A stretch of DNA of 64,000 nucleotides from assembly GCF_027921745.1 (NCBI RefSeq), contig NC_079238.1:4340001-4404000 (forward strand). Reading direction: 5' to 3'. The notes below the pieces were generated by a model. The model ran no database searches and was not told the DNA's origin. It saw only the letters and a program-made list of their open reading frames with translations. Positions 22,513 through 34,817 of the stretch are shown here, piece after piece (position 1 is the stretch's first letter; every line of letters starts with the position of its first letter). The stretch is from Schizosaccharomyces osmophilus (lineage: Eukaryota). The position numbers and the translations under genes were made by a program.

Positions 22513-25306
22513 TTATTTTGGCGCCTTAAGTGGTTGAATAACCTTACCACGTTTTGTGACAGTTTTGGGAGCCACAGCTTTATGGTGAGAGGCTCTGGTA
22601 GTCCATTCTGGACCCATTGGTAGGTTGAGGGCTCTTTCATATTGTTCTCGAGACTCAAATGGAAATGGAACACTATCAGCGGTGAGTTTAGCTGATTTTT
22701 TGTTGCGTTTTTCATTAATAATAACATGCTGTAAATTCGCGTCTTTTCGCTTGGAGGGGTCCAGCCCTGAAATTTTCTTTACAGCTTTCGGTTTATTTTT
22801 CTTCTGTTTAACTCCGGTGCCTGCCCAAGAACCCCAACCAGGTAAAGTTTGGTCTTCTTCTTTTGGCGCATCCTCATTAATCCAATCCTCTTTATCCTTT
22901 TCAAATTCCGCAACCACATCGTCTCCAGCAAAAGCCCTAGCGACCAATTCCCTTTGCTGAATAGCCACCTTGCCTTTTGCAGATTTCAACGTGGGCACGT
23001 CTTGATCCGACTCTTGCTCTGATTCGCTCTGAAAAGACGTCTCGTTGAATATTTTGTCCGGCTGAATCTCAGGTTCATGTACTAATTCCTGTAATGATTT
23101 TACCTTGTCAGTATTCATTCTGTGAGCAAGTTTTTCAGCTTTTGAGCTATCCTTCTTAACGTCTGCCAAGGTAGATTTCTGATGACGAGGACCTTGTAAC
23201 CATGGGTTATTTGTATCATCGGCCACAGAAACTTCTACTTCTTTATTATCTTTCTTGTTACTTTTTTTCTTTTCTTTCTTAGTTTTCTCAGCTTCATCAC
23301 GCTGTTCTTTTTGAGCGTCAGTTAAGAAAGGATTCTTACGTTCTGATCGGATTTCCTTCAATGCTTCTTTTGAAGGAGCAAATGATCGACGCCCTGCGTT
23401 GTTTCCTACTAAGACACCATTATTTTCGTTTTCCGCCGTATCAGAAGCATCCCCATTAGGTATATTAGCCATTTCTGTTTCAAAATCTTTCATATCATCT
23501 TCCACTTGGCGAGCCCTTGCTTTGGAAGCATCTTGCATAAATTTCATACCCAAAACGCCCTTCAGTTCTGGCTCTTTTGTCTCTCTTACATTATCGAACG
23601 CACGAGAAACATCGTCTGCGTCTTCTAAACCATCATCGGAATAATGGTCAACACCGTCAACATCCGTTTGACCACTAATTCGTTGTGTTAATTCGTCCCC
23701 TTTTCTAACTTGCTCCATAACTGCTTCCCTTGTTCCTTCACCATGATTTGCACGCTCAAGCATTTTTCGAGTCCAAGCACTGCTATTTTTATGACGCTGC
23801 GTCATTCTTTCTGTAGCACGAGCTTCCTCGGCTCTTAGACGCTCAGCTTCCATATCCTCTTCCGTTTTCGGTAACAAAGATTCTTCTTTTTCTCTTCGTT
23901 TCTTCAAATGCTTGCGATACGCTTTACTTTTAATCTTGGAAACACGTTTGGCTTTCTGTTCTTCCCGGAACATGAGTTCTCTCATGAAACGCAAACGACG
24001 GGTTCTTTCGGCCACTTCTTCAACCGAAAGTTTATTTAAAGCAAGCTCTTCCTGCTTTCTCATGGATTCTTCATCTTTAAGACCTGCGTCAATGAGAGCT
24101 GTGTCCAACGTCTTCTCGATTTTACTTTCAGGATTATAACTGGAAGCCAGCGCAGCGCTACTTGGTGCAGGACGCGCACTTTCATTCATAGGGAATACTA
24201 ACTGATCCGCCTTTCTGTTTTCCGAAACGATAGGTTTCCATTTTTCAAGGTCTTCTTTCGATTGCTCATAGGCAGCTTGTCTCTCCAAACGATCTTGGAC
24301 GGGCTTTGCCAAAGGGGCGTCTAATTTTGAAGCTGATACAGCAGAAGACTCACTAACTAAAGGTTTCAAGGAAGATTTCAACCGATTGTCAACTTGAACG
24401 GACTCTAAGAGATCAGAAAGTCCGATCTTTCCATCGTCATTTCCAATCAAATTGAATTCAGATTCACGGTTGGATTCAATTGGATTGTGCTTAACACGTT
24501 TTTTTTCAACAGTCTTTTCTTTACCTTCTTCATCTTCGGGGTACACTTCAGCCTTTCGCTTATCATTTAAGGAATCAATGTAACTCTTCAAATTATCCAA
24601 CTTGGCATCATTTTCTTCCTCGTCGCTAGACTCTTCATCTTCAGAGCTGCGGATATCACTCTCTTCTAAATTTTCGTCTTCATCAGAGGAATCATTTTCG
24701 TCCTCTGAAGAATTGTCCTCTGATGAAGAATCATCACTTTCAATGATTCCTTCAGTGTGTTGTAAATGGTTCTTCTGTTCCGCATCTTTGGAATGTTCTT
24801 CTTCTTCTTCACTAGAGCTCGGTTGGTCTAGTACTGTGTCTAGATCGACCATTTCGTTTTCATCAATACTAGCTCCATCATCATCTTCGCTTTCCGGCTG
24901 TTCATTGTAACCTTCATTTTCATTTAAAGATATGGTTTCTCTCTTTTTATCTGGAACTGGCTGAGTTGATTTTCTCTTGGGGATATGTTTAGCCTGAATG
25001 CTTGTTAGTAGCTATATAGCAAAATTATAATGCGCATACTGTAGAAGCACTAAAAGACCAATCAGCAAATTTTTTTTCATCATCCTCATCGAAAGCTTCG
25101 TCACTGTCAATTTCTTCATCGCTGTCGGAATTCACGCCAACATGGTATCCGGTATCGTTTTCGTCGTCCAATTCATCATCGACGAACGAATCCTCATTTT
25201 TCTCATCGTAGGATTGCAAAACTTTATTTTCCGAAGCCTTTCTTCTTTTTTTATTGTCAAAAACAGCTTGAGGTTTACTCGCTCCCGATTTTCCTCTCCT
25301 AGCCAT
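22513..25306 (-). CDS. utp14: SSU processome protein Utp14; 2 exons
   Basis: Acidic N-terminus; RATERMTQRHKN, LPGWGSWAG and PFPFESREQYE..PMGPEW motifs. Intron 25039-24994 keeps the frame. Confidence 0.96.
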
Positions 25307-25721
25307 GTTGTTGGTAGTGGAAGAATTTCAACAACATCTGAATAAAACACCTATTCTACGATACTGGATTCATAAGACAAGATATGATTTTTCAATTGAA
25401 TACTTTGAAATGAATATATTATTGTAATTGTACTTTTCGAATTGCAGAAACTAACAACGGCACGAGGCCAATATATAACAATTAAAATTTCCATGAGCTC
25501 GAAAACTTATCCAGTAGCCAATTTTAGACTGAAACAAACCTTATATCATTTACAAGTTACATAGATAATTTTATTCAATAAAGTGGCTTTCAAAAGCTTG
25601 ATAAACGAAAGAAAATTCATAACATTTTTTCGTTCTTCCAAAAGAAGAAACGACACTATTTTACATAAAGATCAAGTTAATAGGGGGTTTTTTTCGTGAA
25701 AACTCATAAGAAGACTTCGCA

Positions 25722-28700
25722 TTAAATCATATCGTGCATCCGTCGTTGCTGTTCAGCGACTTCAGGTTCTTTCTTTAAGAAGCCGTATTCATCCTCCATT
25801 AAGAAAGGCCATTCATCCATATCGTATATTTCACCACATAAAGATTTCGTAACAAACATAATTCGATCGATCTGATTGACAATTGCATATGCAATGGTAC
25901 AACCGACTGCAAAATTTAGGTAGTTCATATTACTTAGCATATCATAGCTTAGCCCCTTCTGTTCTTGAAACTGGGTATCGTTGAAAACAGGGGGCAAGAA
26001 AACATCGCCACTTTTACTGAAAAACCGGTCTACTAAAGGAGCAGGAACAATCTGAGGTAAAGGATTACCAGTTTGTAGGGCATTTGAAGACATATAAAGA
26101 ACAGCCATTTGATCAGCTATAAACTTATGATCAAACCAACCGATCCTTCTTAATAACGCATACATCCACTCGTCGTCGAGGGTTGTAAAGGTCGTCATTA
26201 ACGAATTAAGTAAATTCAACAACGATAGTTCGGTTTCACAGAGAGCTTCATATTTTTCCATTGGCCATTTTCCTACTACGGAAGGTTCATAACTTACCAT
26301 AGATAATCTATCCTTCAAACCTCGGACTGTCTGAGTTAGGTTTAATATCTTGCTTTGGATTTCTGTGTCAATATGCTCATGGTTTACTCTTCGCGAAAAA
26401 TTTGAAATTTCGCAATGAAGTGCTCCAAGTTCGATAAGGCTATTTCCAATACTTTTTCGAACAGCATATCTTGCAGTAAGAGGTTTGGGTAAGAAGGAAA
26501 AAATAAAAGCAACTGTAATTCCGGCCAGAACAACCAAGAACCTACGATAGGCAACGTCCCAACCAACTCCGAATGTTACAATTCCAGGCTCGTGATATGC
26601 TTTCCAAGAGTAGCTAACAACAAGAGCTACTGTAACTGAAAAAATAACTGATGGCATTGGGGTTAAGATTATTAGATGGACTCTAACAAACAAGACAAAT
26701 GGGAGCATGGCTGCTAAAACCACAGCTAACCCGTAGGCATTTCCTAGGCCATGTCCGTTACCTGTATACCATATGATCATACCCACAACAGTACCAAAAA
26801 AAGTGCCAACAACTCTCATGAGGTATCCGTAAACAGTATCAGCAGTATAACGTTGCATACTCATCGTAGCCAGAATTACAGCCCATAATCCTCTATTATA
26901 GTAATACCAACGAGCTGAATTTCTAACGAAAGCAGGGATTGTACATATTACTGCTAGTGCTCCAACTTTCAAAACAAAAACGTTCATGGGTCTAAACACA
27001 GATTTCAACAAACGCATTGTATGTAAACCTATGACATGGTACAAATTGGATGGGCTGTCAGCATCTGGATTACGAGCTTGCGTGCTTGACTCCTTGAGAT
27101 CCTTTTCGACATCTTCGACATCGTCATGGAAGTCATCATGTCCGGAGAGCTGAGAATACAAACTGGCTCTCAGAGTCCTCAGAGGCCACCATAAGCGCCG
27201 ACGTGAACGTTTACCTTCTAATTCGATGACAGTATTTAAAATCTGCAGAACACCTCGCACGGCCTGCATTAAATGAGATTCGTAATAATAAACCACAAAA
27301 AGCGACCTTAAAGAATGCATATAAAAGGCTTCCGTGTCCGCATTTTGGAATAATGGCTCGTAAGGTTTTCGAGCTTCAAAACATTTCTCCTTTTCAAAAT
27401 CAGAAAGGGCCTCAGACAAATGATCGTAATGTAACTTTATAAGTTGAAGACGACTTTCGCTAGCTTCTTTCTGATTTTTTTTAGAAAAAATATGCTTAAA
27501 TCGATCATGATTAGCTTCGTTTAGCCAAGCATCCAAAGCATCCAAAGCATAAATCGTTTGGTCAAATAAATCCACAGATGACGACTTTAAAACAGAAAGT
27601 AGTGAGTCAAGAAATTGAGGTCGATTATATGGCAATCTATTTTCCAAAGCTAGGTAATGTTGAGCTTCTAACATTCCTACTGGCTTATACGACTTTTTGG
27701 TTTGCTTGATAATCTTTCCAAATGCTCCTCGCAAACGACTACGACTTCGGTGACTTTTAGAGCCCATCGAACTTTGACGACTCCTTTGATGGCTGTGAAG
27801 ATTACCAGCTGCTATAGTTATTGCAGAACGCGTTCGATTATGACGGTGAGGAGTATTACCATCATCTAAAGATGCTGACGAGGAATTGTACGGAATGGCA
27901 GATTCGATCGTTCTCACATTATCCTCTGTAGGTACTACTAACTGACTTGCTGATGCAACTCGACCTCTCTCTTGTTCCGTCTGGCTTGAAACTGTACGGC
28001 GATGAGTTGGAGACCAAAGCTGATTGATTTCTAAAGCAGCTCGATTTGGCGAGGCAGATCGCATAGAAGGCGCTGGTGTCCCAACTCTAGAATGTAGGGT
28101 TGCTTTTTCAGCTTGTTCCATTGTATCCTCGTCATAAATTTGCATATTATGCTCAATAAGCTTACAGAAATAAGAAAAAGAAGACAGACGAAGAATTGTT
28201 TTCCTAAAAAGTCTTTGCAAGGATACCAAATCTTGACCCTTCAAACGACCATAAGAGAATTCAGTATCCAAGAAGACTTCATTTGATTTCATTTTAGTTA
28301 ATAGGCTTTTCAAATCAGCAACATCCTTTTCCAATGTAGAAGCAAATGATTTCCAACCCTCGGAAGTAGGAGAATGGGATAACATTTCTATTTGTTTTTG
28401 CATATATTTTCTTGTATTTTCTGTAACAGTACACAACATAGAATTGTATGAAAAATTGCATGTCTCAGGAAGTATAAAGAGTGTGCAGCCGACAGTAATG
28501 GCGGTTTGTACACAATTAGGGATAATGAAAAATAAACCAACATTAGGATAAAAGTAAGGATACATTGGTCCATAATTTGCGCTTATTGCAGCACAGATAA
28601 TTCCAAAGACACACGGGAAATTTAATGGTTTATACTTCATCTTGATACGAATTAACACAGCACAAGCGACAAATTCGAAAAGGGCCCATATAATAGAAGG

Positions 28701-29852
28701 TAGAGGACGAACAAAATAACTTTGAAAAATTGCTTCTGTTAAGCATTTTTGCATTCCTTGGCTAGGATCACTACAGCGAAATCCATCAGCGATGGCATCT
28801 TGTAAGCATTTTTCTTTGGATGGAGAGCCACGAGAGACGGCAGCAAGTTTAGATGCCAAGACAGTCCAAGCATAAGTGGTAAATAGTAGTAGAAATTGAA
28901 AGGTACACTTCCATAGCATAGGAGCTATCGGTTCCATAGCAGGTACCAGCATAGAAGTAATTACGGCAAAGAAACTAGCCATACCAAAAGTCTTATTAGT
29001 ATGGTCACATATGAGAAGAAGGAAAGCTATCCAAGTATTAATTGATGAACGAATTACAGGTTTAATCCCCTTTCGAGTTAAATTTTTGGGAATCCATTGA
29101 ATGCACGAAGGAACCTTCCAAGTAGAAGGCTGTTTGCATCGGCGCCAAAGCTGTTTAAAACGCTTCTTAGATAGTTTTGCTGGCTGCTTTGGAAGATCTA
29201 GAGAAGGGTCTTTTTCTGATTGCATGGTCCTGTATTCCGGTAAAGCATTAGGACGTGGAGATGAAACGGAGGAATCAGACTGGCCATGAGGGGCTCTGGA
29301 AGGCTGTTGGGTCGATGGCTCATGAAGAAAAAGCCTTTCATCCTGCTGCAGGTTCGAAACCGGTTCAGGACATATAAAACGAGGATGCTGGGAATGACCA
29401 GAAGATTGCAAATGAGAAGATCGGGGAAGATTTGATGAACTATGAACAGAAGCACTAGAAGATGAATTTCTGGACTCAGATTCATCACCATCTTCAGACT
29501 TTGAGGAATTGTGGTGGGAGCGAGAGGATGAAGTGTGCTGTGAGAGAATATTAGGGGAGGATTTTGTGTGTGGAATTGGAGTAGTCGAGGGCTCGAGGAG
29601 AGGATTTGAGTGATGAGGGTAGTCGGAGGTACGAGCAAGCGCTGATTGAATGGTAGAAAGGTTGGAGTGCGATTTAGAGGTAGAGGGAGGAGGAGGAACG
29701 TGAGGGAGGGTGGTATGAGAGAGGGGAGAAGGTGTAAATGGTTCATAACGAGCTGATGAAGAGTCTTTGCTCAGCTGAATAGTGGGAATAGAATTAGAGG
29801 GAGGGCGAGAATGAGGGGAGTCTATGTAAAACGAAACGTTTGAATTTCGCAT
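25722..29852 (-). CDS. Large multi-pass membrane protein, aromatic-acid-exporter/FUSC-like (two TM bundles), ~1376 aa
   Basis: Ser/Pro/His-rich N-terminus, two hydrophobic clusters separated by a long soluble linker, RVVGTFFGTVVG motif, YEPSVVGKWP motif. First ATG at 29852. Confidence 0.82.
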   Translation of the reverse strand: MRNSNVSFYIDSPHSRPPSNSIPTIQLSKDSSSARYEPFTPSPLSHTTLPHVPPPPSTSKSHSNLSTIQSALARTSDYPHHSNPLLEPSTTPIPHTKSSPNILSQHTSSSRSHHNSSKSEDGDESESRNSSSSASVHSSSNLPRSSHLQSSGHSQHPRFICPEPVSNLQQDERLFLHEPSTQQPSRAPHGQSDSSVSSPRPNALPEYRTMQSEKDPSLDLPKQPAKLSKKRFKQLWRRCKQPSTWKVPSCIQWIPKNLTRKGIKPVIRSSINTWIAFLLLICDHTNKTFGMASFFAVITSMLVPAMEPIAPMLWKCTFQFLLLFTTYAWTVLASKLAAVSRGSPSKEKCLQDAIADGFRCSDPSQGMQKCLTEAIFQSYFVRPLPSIIWALFEFVACAVLIRIKMKYKPLNFPCVFGIICAAISANYGPMYPYFYPNVGLFFIIPNCVQTAITVGCTLFILPETCNFSYNSMLCTVTENTRKYMQKQIEMLSHSPTSEGWKSFASTLEKDVADLKSLLTKMKSNEVFLDTEFSYGRLKGQDLVSLQRLFRKTILRLSSFSYFCKLIEHNMQIYDEDTMEQAEKATLHSRVGTPAPSMRSASPNRAALEINQLWSPTHRRTVSSQTEQERGRVASASQLVVPTEDNVRTIESAIPYNSSSASLDDGNTPHRHNRTRSAITIAAGNLHSHQRSRQSSMGSKSHRSRSRLRGAFGKIIKQTKKSYKPVGMLEAQHYLALENRLPYNRPQFLDSLLSVLKSSSVDLFDQTIYALDALDAWLNEANHDRFKHIFSKKNQKEASESRLQLIKLHYDHLSEALSDFEKEKCFEARKPYEPLFQNADTEAFYMHSLRSLFVVYYYESHLMQAVRGVLQILNTVIELEGKRSRRRLWWPLRTLRASLYSQLSGHDDFHDDVEDVEKDLKESSTQARNPDADSPSNLYHVIGLHTMRLLKSVFRPMNVFVLKVGALAVICTIPAFVRNSARWYYYNRGLWAVILATMSMQRYTADTVYGYLMRVVGTFFGTVVGMIIWYTGNGHGLGNAYGLAVVLAAMLPFVLFVRVHLIILTPMPSVIFSVTVALVVSYSWKAYHEPGIVTFGVGWDVAYRRFLVVLAGITVAFIFSFLPKPLTARYAVRKSIGNSLIELGALHCEISNFSRRVNHEHIDTEIQSKILNLTQTVRGLKDRLSMVSYEPSVVGKWPMEKYEALCETELSLLNLLNSLMTTFTTLDDEWMYALLRRIGWFDHKFIADQMAVLYMSSNALQTGNPLPQIVPAPLVDRFFSKSGDVFLPPVFNDTQFQEQKGLSYDMLSNMNYLNFAVGCTIAYAIVNQIDRIMFVTKSLCGEIYDMDEWPFLMEDEYGFLKKEPEVAEQQRRMHDMI

Positions 29853-30191
29853 GAGGTAGAAAGAAGAGAATTTAGGCGCATACAGAACGAGATCTGAAAG
29901 TATTTTAGAAGGGGATTCAGGAAGGGGAAAATAAAAAAAAGAAGTGCAAAATTGAAAAACACAAAGGAGGTAAACAAAAAGTGGCAAGCGATTTGAGCAA
30001 AAAAGCGTATCAAAAAGAAGGTTAGGACTTTTTAGAAACCAAGATTAGTAGAATTATGTAATTACACAATGAAAAGCAATTTAACAAACAAAAAGTGATA
30101 CGAAAAAATCAAAAATCGGTGTAAAGGGGTACATTCCCTTTCAACTGTTTCGATGCGAATTTACCTATCGTGGGATACGAGAAAGCGAATT

Positions 30192-30212
30192 GTAAACAAA
30201 CAAACAAACAAA
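30192..30212 (+). promoter_or_regulatory. Forkhead/FLEX-type site GTAAACAAACA extended by CAAA repeats
   Basis: GTAAACAAACAAACAAACAAA, 340 bp upstream of the transporter ATG. Confidence 0.45.
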
Positions 30213-31742
30213 GGGGCGGATTGTTTTGTTCTAAGTACGGGCTCACAGACAAGCAATTGAATATACGATGAATCAAAAACAGCGAGTTCGCATCATAAAG
30301 GAAATAAAAACAGAAGAATAGAGAATAAAAGTGGAGAGGAATCAATCAATGTGTTTATACACAATGTCAGAAGCAGCGTTCGTATGAAGAGGAACACCGA
30401 GTAGAAAGGAAGGCGATCCTAACAAATCATCTATATAAGAAAAAGGAGGAAATATTATATTAACAAAAAACCTGAATCTAAGAGCAAAGATATCCTTTAC
30501 GTGGGTTCTTTCAGGAGTTGAAACTGAAAAAAATATTTAAAAGAAAAAAGTTAAAGGAAGATAGATTTTACGATTCAAGATGCTGCATTAACATGATTTG
30601 AGAGTATACGAAGGATGATCTGATAAAACAGACCTGATAAAGGTTTATGCTATACAGAGCGATCCCGTAAAGAGATGAAAAACAAGCTCGATTTTGTGTT
30701 TAATGAACAGGAAAGTAGAAAGAGCGAAGAGAAGCAAGCCAATGGAGCAAAGATGGGTAGCACGAGAAAAAAAGGCATACATGGAGAAGACAACTAACAA
30801 TGGAGAACGTGATGAATGTGGAATGCCTGCGTAGAGAAAACAGAGACAGTTACTGTGAAAAACCATGTGTTGATTCGGTCTCCAAGGTGCATGAAACCCG
30901 CTTACGGTCAAGAGCAACACCCTTTTTTCTTCGTAATAGAGATTTAACTCATCTTATACGGCTGAAACTCTGTTATAAAAGAAGCAAAGAACTAGACCCT
31001 ATGCATGAAAGAATGGATCAAGAGCAAATATGCTTTCATGCGGTAGCAGCGGTTCTGCTTTCCATAGATGAGATGAATTGACTGGTATATACATTTCTTC
31101 CAACGATATTATTTACACAAACCAGGTTGAAATGGACGTAGCTGTCATTCTATGATTCACTGGCGTCTTGTAAATCATATTTAATGGCGCATCAATTGCC
31201 AGATGGAATGAATATGATGACATTCAATACAGAAAGAAACAAGTCAAAAGAACCATTCATTTAATTGGGAATTGGGAAACCGATCGGTCTAAAGCTGGTA
31301 TCAAGGATTAAGCAAAGATGGATATTGTTTTTTATCTCGGATTTTTAGCGGATATAAACTCTCTGTCTTTACTTCAGTCTCTTGAATTTGATTTTTTCAC
31401 ATATATGGGATTCAAATAGAAGCACATTCGTTCGGCTCGGTTCTACGATGGAAAATTTTCTGCCGAATCGACCATCAAATAGGTTTCTTAAAACGAGAGT
31501 TTTTCTACAACTATTATTTTTAATTTAAATTTCATTAAAAATTTTCATTTATAACATACTGTTTTCTGTCGTGGTGAATTTCTCAAATTTCCCCTTTTAA
31601 CAGTCCAACCGTATAACGGAGTTTAGTGTTGTATTTAAATTTTTTCCCACCTCACATTTCTTCCTTCGCAAACCACAAATTCTATAATATAAAAAAATTT
31701 GGAAAAATACAATAAAAACCAAGTTAAATTACTGAAAACGCC

Positions 31743-33677
31743 ATGGCTCTTACGGATCTGAATAAGCAAGCTGACGTCGCCGCTGAGAGCGAAGTTAAGC
31801 CCACTACCTCTGTTGAGGCTACCAACCAACAGGAATCTGGTGCTGGTGAAGCTGAAACCCAAAAGCCCACCGAGGAAGCTGCTTCCGGTGATGTTTCTGG
31901 TGCTGGTACCCCTGGTACTACCACCAGCTCTTTAGCTAACCCCTCTGCTAGCGCTCCCTCTAGTGCTTCCTTATATGTTGGTGAACTCGACCCCAGTGTG
32001 ACTGAAGCTATGCTTTTTGAGCTCTTTAACAGTATTGGACCTGTGGCAAGCATTCGTGTTTGCCGTGACGCCGTTACTCGTCGCTCTTTGGGCTATGCTT
32101 ATGTCAACTTCCACAACATGGAAGACGGTTCCAAGGCTTTGGACGAGCTTAACTACACTTTGATCAAGGGCCGTCCTTGCCGTATCATGTGGTCTCAACG
32201 TGATCCTTCTTTGCGTAAGATGGGTACTGGCAACGTTTTCATTAAGAACTTGGATCCAGCTATCGATAACAAGGCTTTGCACGACACTTTCTCTGCTTTC
32301 GGCAAGATTTTGTCCTGTAAGGTTGCTGTCGATGAGCTAAGCAACTCTAAGGGATACGGATTTGTTCATTTCGACACTGTCGACTCTGCCAACGCAGCCA
32401 TTGAGCACGTTAATGGCATGCTTTTGAACGACAAAAAGGTTTACGTTGGTCACCACGTTAGCCGTCGTGAGCGTCAATCTAAGTTTGAGCAAATGAAGGC
32501 TAACTTCACCAACGTTTACGTCAAAAACCTTGACACTGAAATCACCGAACAAGAATTCAGTGATCTCTTTACTCCCTTTGGTGAAATCACCTCTCTTTCT
32601 TTGGTCAAGGACCAAGCTGACAAGCCCCGTGGTTTTGGTTTTGTCAACTTCGCTAACCATGAGGATGCTGAAAGGGCCGTCGATGAGCTCAACGATACAG
32701 AAATCAACGGTAAGAAGCTCTATGTTGGCCGCGCTCAAAAGAAGCACGAACGTGAAGATGAGCTCCGCAGACGTTATGAGCAAATTAAGATGGAAAAGAT
32801 GAACAAATACCAAGGCGTCAACCTTTTCGTCAAGAACTTGCAGGATGAAGTTGATGATGAGCGTCTTAAGAACGAATTCTCTGCTTTCGGTACCATCACT
32901 TCCGCCAAGGTTATGACTGATGAACAAGGCAAGTCTAAGGGCTTCGGTTTCGTTTGCTACACTACCCCTGAGGAGGCTAACAAGGCTGTTACTGAAATGA
33001 ACCAGCGCATGCTCGCTGGCAAGCCTTTGTATGTTGCCCTTGCTCAACGTAAGGAGGTTCGTCGTACTCAATTGGAAGCCCAAATTCAAGCCCGCAACCA
33101 ATTCCGTTTACAACAACAAGTTGCAGCTGCCGCTGGTATCCCTGCTGTTCAATACGGTGGTGGCCCTCTCATGTATGGCCCCGGTGGTTACCCCATCCCT
33201 GCTGCCGTTAACGGACGTGGTATGCCCATGGTTCCTGGTCACAATGGCCCTATGCCTATGTACCCCGGAATGCCTCCTCAATTTCCCCCCGGTGTCGCTC
33301 CCACTTACCCTGGTATGAGCCCTCGTGGACCCGCTCCCGTCCCCGCTCAAGGTCGTCCTATGATGATGCCCGGTGGTGTTCCTCAGCCTGAGGCTGCCGA
33401 ATCTGCTGTTCCTGATATGCCTGAAAGATTCACTGCTGCCGATTTGGCTGCTGTTCCTGAGGAGAACAGAAAGCAAGTTCTTGGTGAATTGCTCTACCCC
33501 AAGATCTTCATGCGTGAAGAGAAACTTGCTGGTAAGATTACTGGTATGCTTTTGGAAATGCAAGATTCTGAGTTATTGGAACTTCTTGAGGAAGATGCTG
33601 CTCTTAGCGAGCGTATCGATGAGGCCCTCAATGTCTTGCACGAATTTGCCGATGAAGAGCCTGCCGGTGAGCAATAA
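31743..33677 (+). CDS. pab1: Cytoplasmic poly(A)-binding protein, 644 aa
   Basis: Four RRMs (SLGYAYVNF, KGYGFVHF, RGFGFVNF, KGFGFVCY), Pro/Met-rich linker, MLLE domain (KITGMLLEM). Confidence 0.99.
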   Translation: MALTDLNKQADVAAESEVKPTTSVEATNQQESGAGEAETQKPTEEAASGDVSGAGTPGTTTSSLANPSASAPSSASLYVGELDPSVTEAMLFELFNSIGPVASIRVCRDAVTRRSLGYAYVNFHNMEDGSKALDELNYTLIKGRPCRIMWSQRDPSLRKMGTGNVFIKNLDPAIDNKALHDTFSAFGKILSCKVAVDELSNSKGYGFVHFDTVDSANAAIEHVNGMLLNDKKVYVGHHVSRRERQSKFEQMKANFTNVYVKNLDTEITEQEFSDLFTPFGEITSLSLVKDQADKPRGFGFVNFANHEDAERAVDELNDTEINGKKLYVGRAQKKHEREDELRRRYEQIKMEKMNKYQGVNLFVKNLQDEVDDERLKNEFSAFGTITSAKVMTDEQGKSKGFGFVCYTTPEEANKAVTEMNQRMLAGKPLYVALAQRKEVRRTQLEAQIQARNQFRLQQQVAAAAGIPAVQYGGGPLMYGPGGYPIPAAVNGRGMPMVPGHNGPMPMYPGMPPQFPPGVAPTYPGMSPRGPAPVPAQGRPMMMPGGVPQPEAAESAVPDMPERFTAADLAAVPEENRKQVLGELLYPKIFMREEKLAGKITGMLLEMQDSELLELLEEDAALSERIDEALNVLHEFADEEPAGEQ

Positions 33678-34817
33678 AGTAGTTCGATTAATGGATCTTA
33701 TACTTTGTAAGAATTGAAATCCAGGTTAGAAACCTGTAGGAATTTAGTATAATCTATATCTTAACGTTGGGTGTTTATTCGTTTAACAGGGAAATTGTTT
33801 TGCATTTTATGTATGTGCGGTGATTGATTTAAAATTCCGTGAAAGATTTTTTAAATGCAGAATCCGGTTGGATAATACAATATAAAAAAAAATAGGGTAT
33901 GGTTGACTGTAAGTAAGGTTGTATTTCGTCTACATGAGTATTTGAGTTTGATATGTTCTCATGTATAGCTAGAAAGCACTAGGAGTATTGTGTATGCTTA
34001 TTCTACAACAATAAAGTGTGGATTTCTCACAGTGTAGGGAAGTGATGAAAGAAAAACCGCTCATGCCATTTAATTATAGATATCTTCAAAACGTAAATGG
34101 AAGCCTTACATTCCATCAAAAAGATTTTCTTCTACATTTGTTGCATAGAACAGAAAGAACTTTTACGCCCTATATTCATGAGTCCTAATACATAAGCTCG
34201 TCAGAAGGATTTGCACATATAGAGTGATTACAATTCTTTTTTTTTTTTAAGACTAAATGCCTTAAATTTTGATATCTATTTAGCAAATATGTTTGCAATG
34301 AATGTTTATCAAGAGTTGTGTTTAAAACAGAAAAATTGCGATTTAAACATAGTATATAAAACAATAATTAAGAAAACCATGCTTAATTGAAATTAATTGA
34401 AATTAGTATAGAAAAAGAAAAGTCGCTTTATGTAAGCATTTGTCATAGGGCAAAGCAAAACGAGCCTGGCAGGGAAACATAACTGTCGACGTTCTCAATT
34501 TGACAAATTACAAAATCCTACTTTATTTATTATAAATATTCTTTATTTCATTACCAACTATTTCTTGGGTTCGTTTAAACACAACGTTTACTTAGACCAG
34601 AATAGTTAGTAATATTTCCGCCTCACGCACCCAAAACCAGAAAACCTCTGCATATTTTACGTTGAAACGGTCTTTGTATTAGAAGCATTGAATTTACAGT
34701 TTATTTGACTGCAAACGAAAAGATAGAGTGGGTTTTCTGAAGATAACCATCTCAATAGTATATTAAGTGCCTTTCCTTAGAAATTGAAGCAAAAACATTT
34801 AGTCTACCGTCTTTTCA

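Noticed and set aside
29853..29987. Hydrophobic TTG-initiated N-terminal extension of the transporter (similar extensions at 2008, 12868, 17713 and 43511)
   Set aside because: Artefact of non-ATG starts in the ORF track; U-rich leaders translate as hydrophobic residues.
30800..31081. 93-aa ATG-initiated ORF in the transporter/pab1 intergenic region
   Set aside because: No recognisable domain or codon bias. Cannot be excluded without Ribo-seq or conservation data.
31724..33563. Long antisense ORFs over pab1 (up to 254 aa), and likewise over rps22, ssz1 and ecm33
   Set aside because: Expected from strong codon bias (few TTA/CTA/TCA codons) in highly expressed genes.
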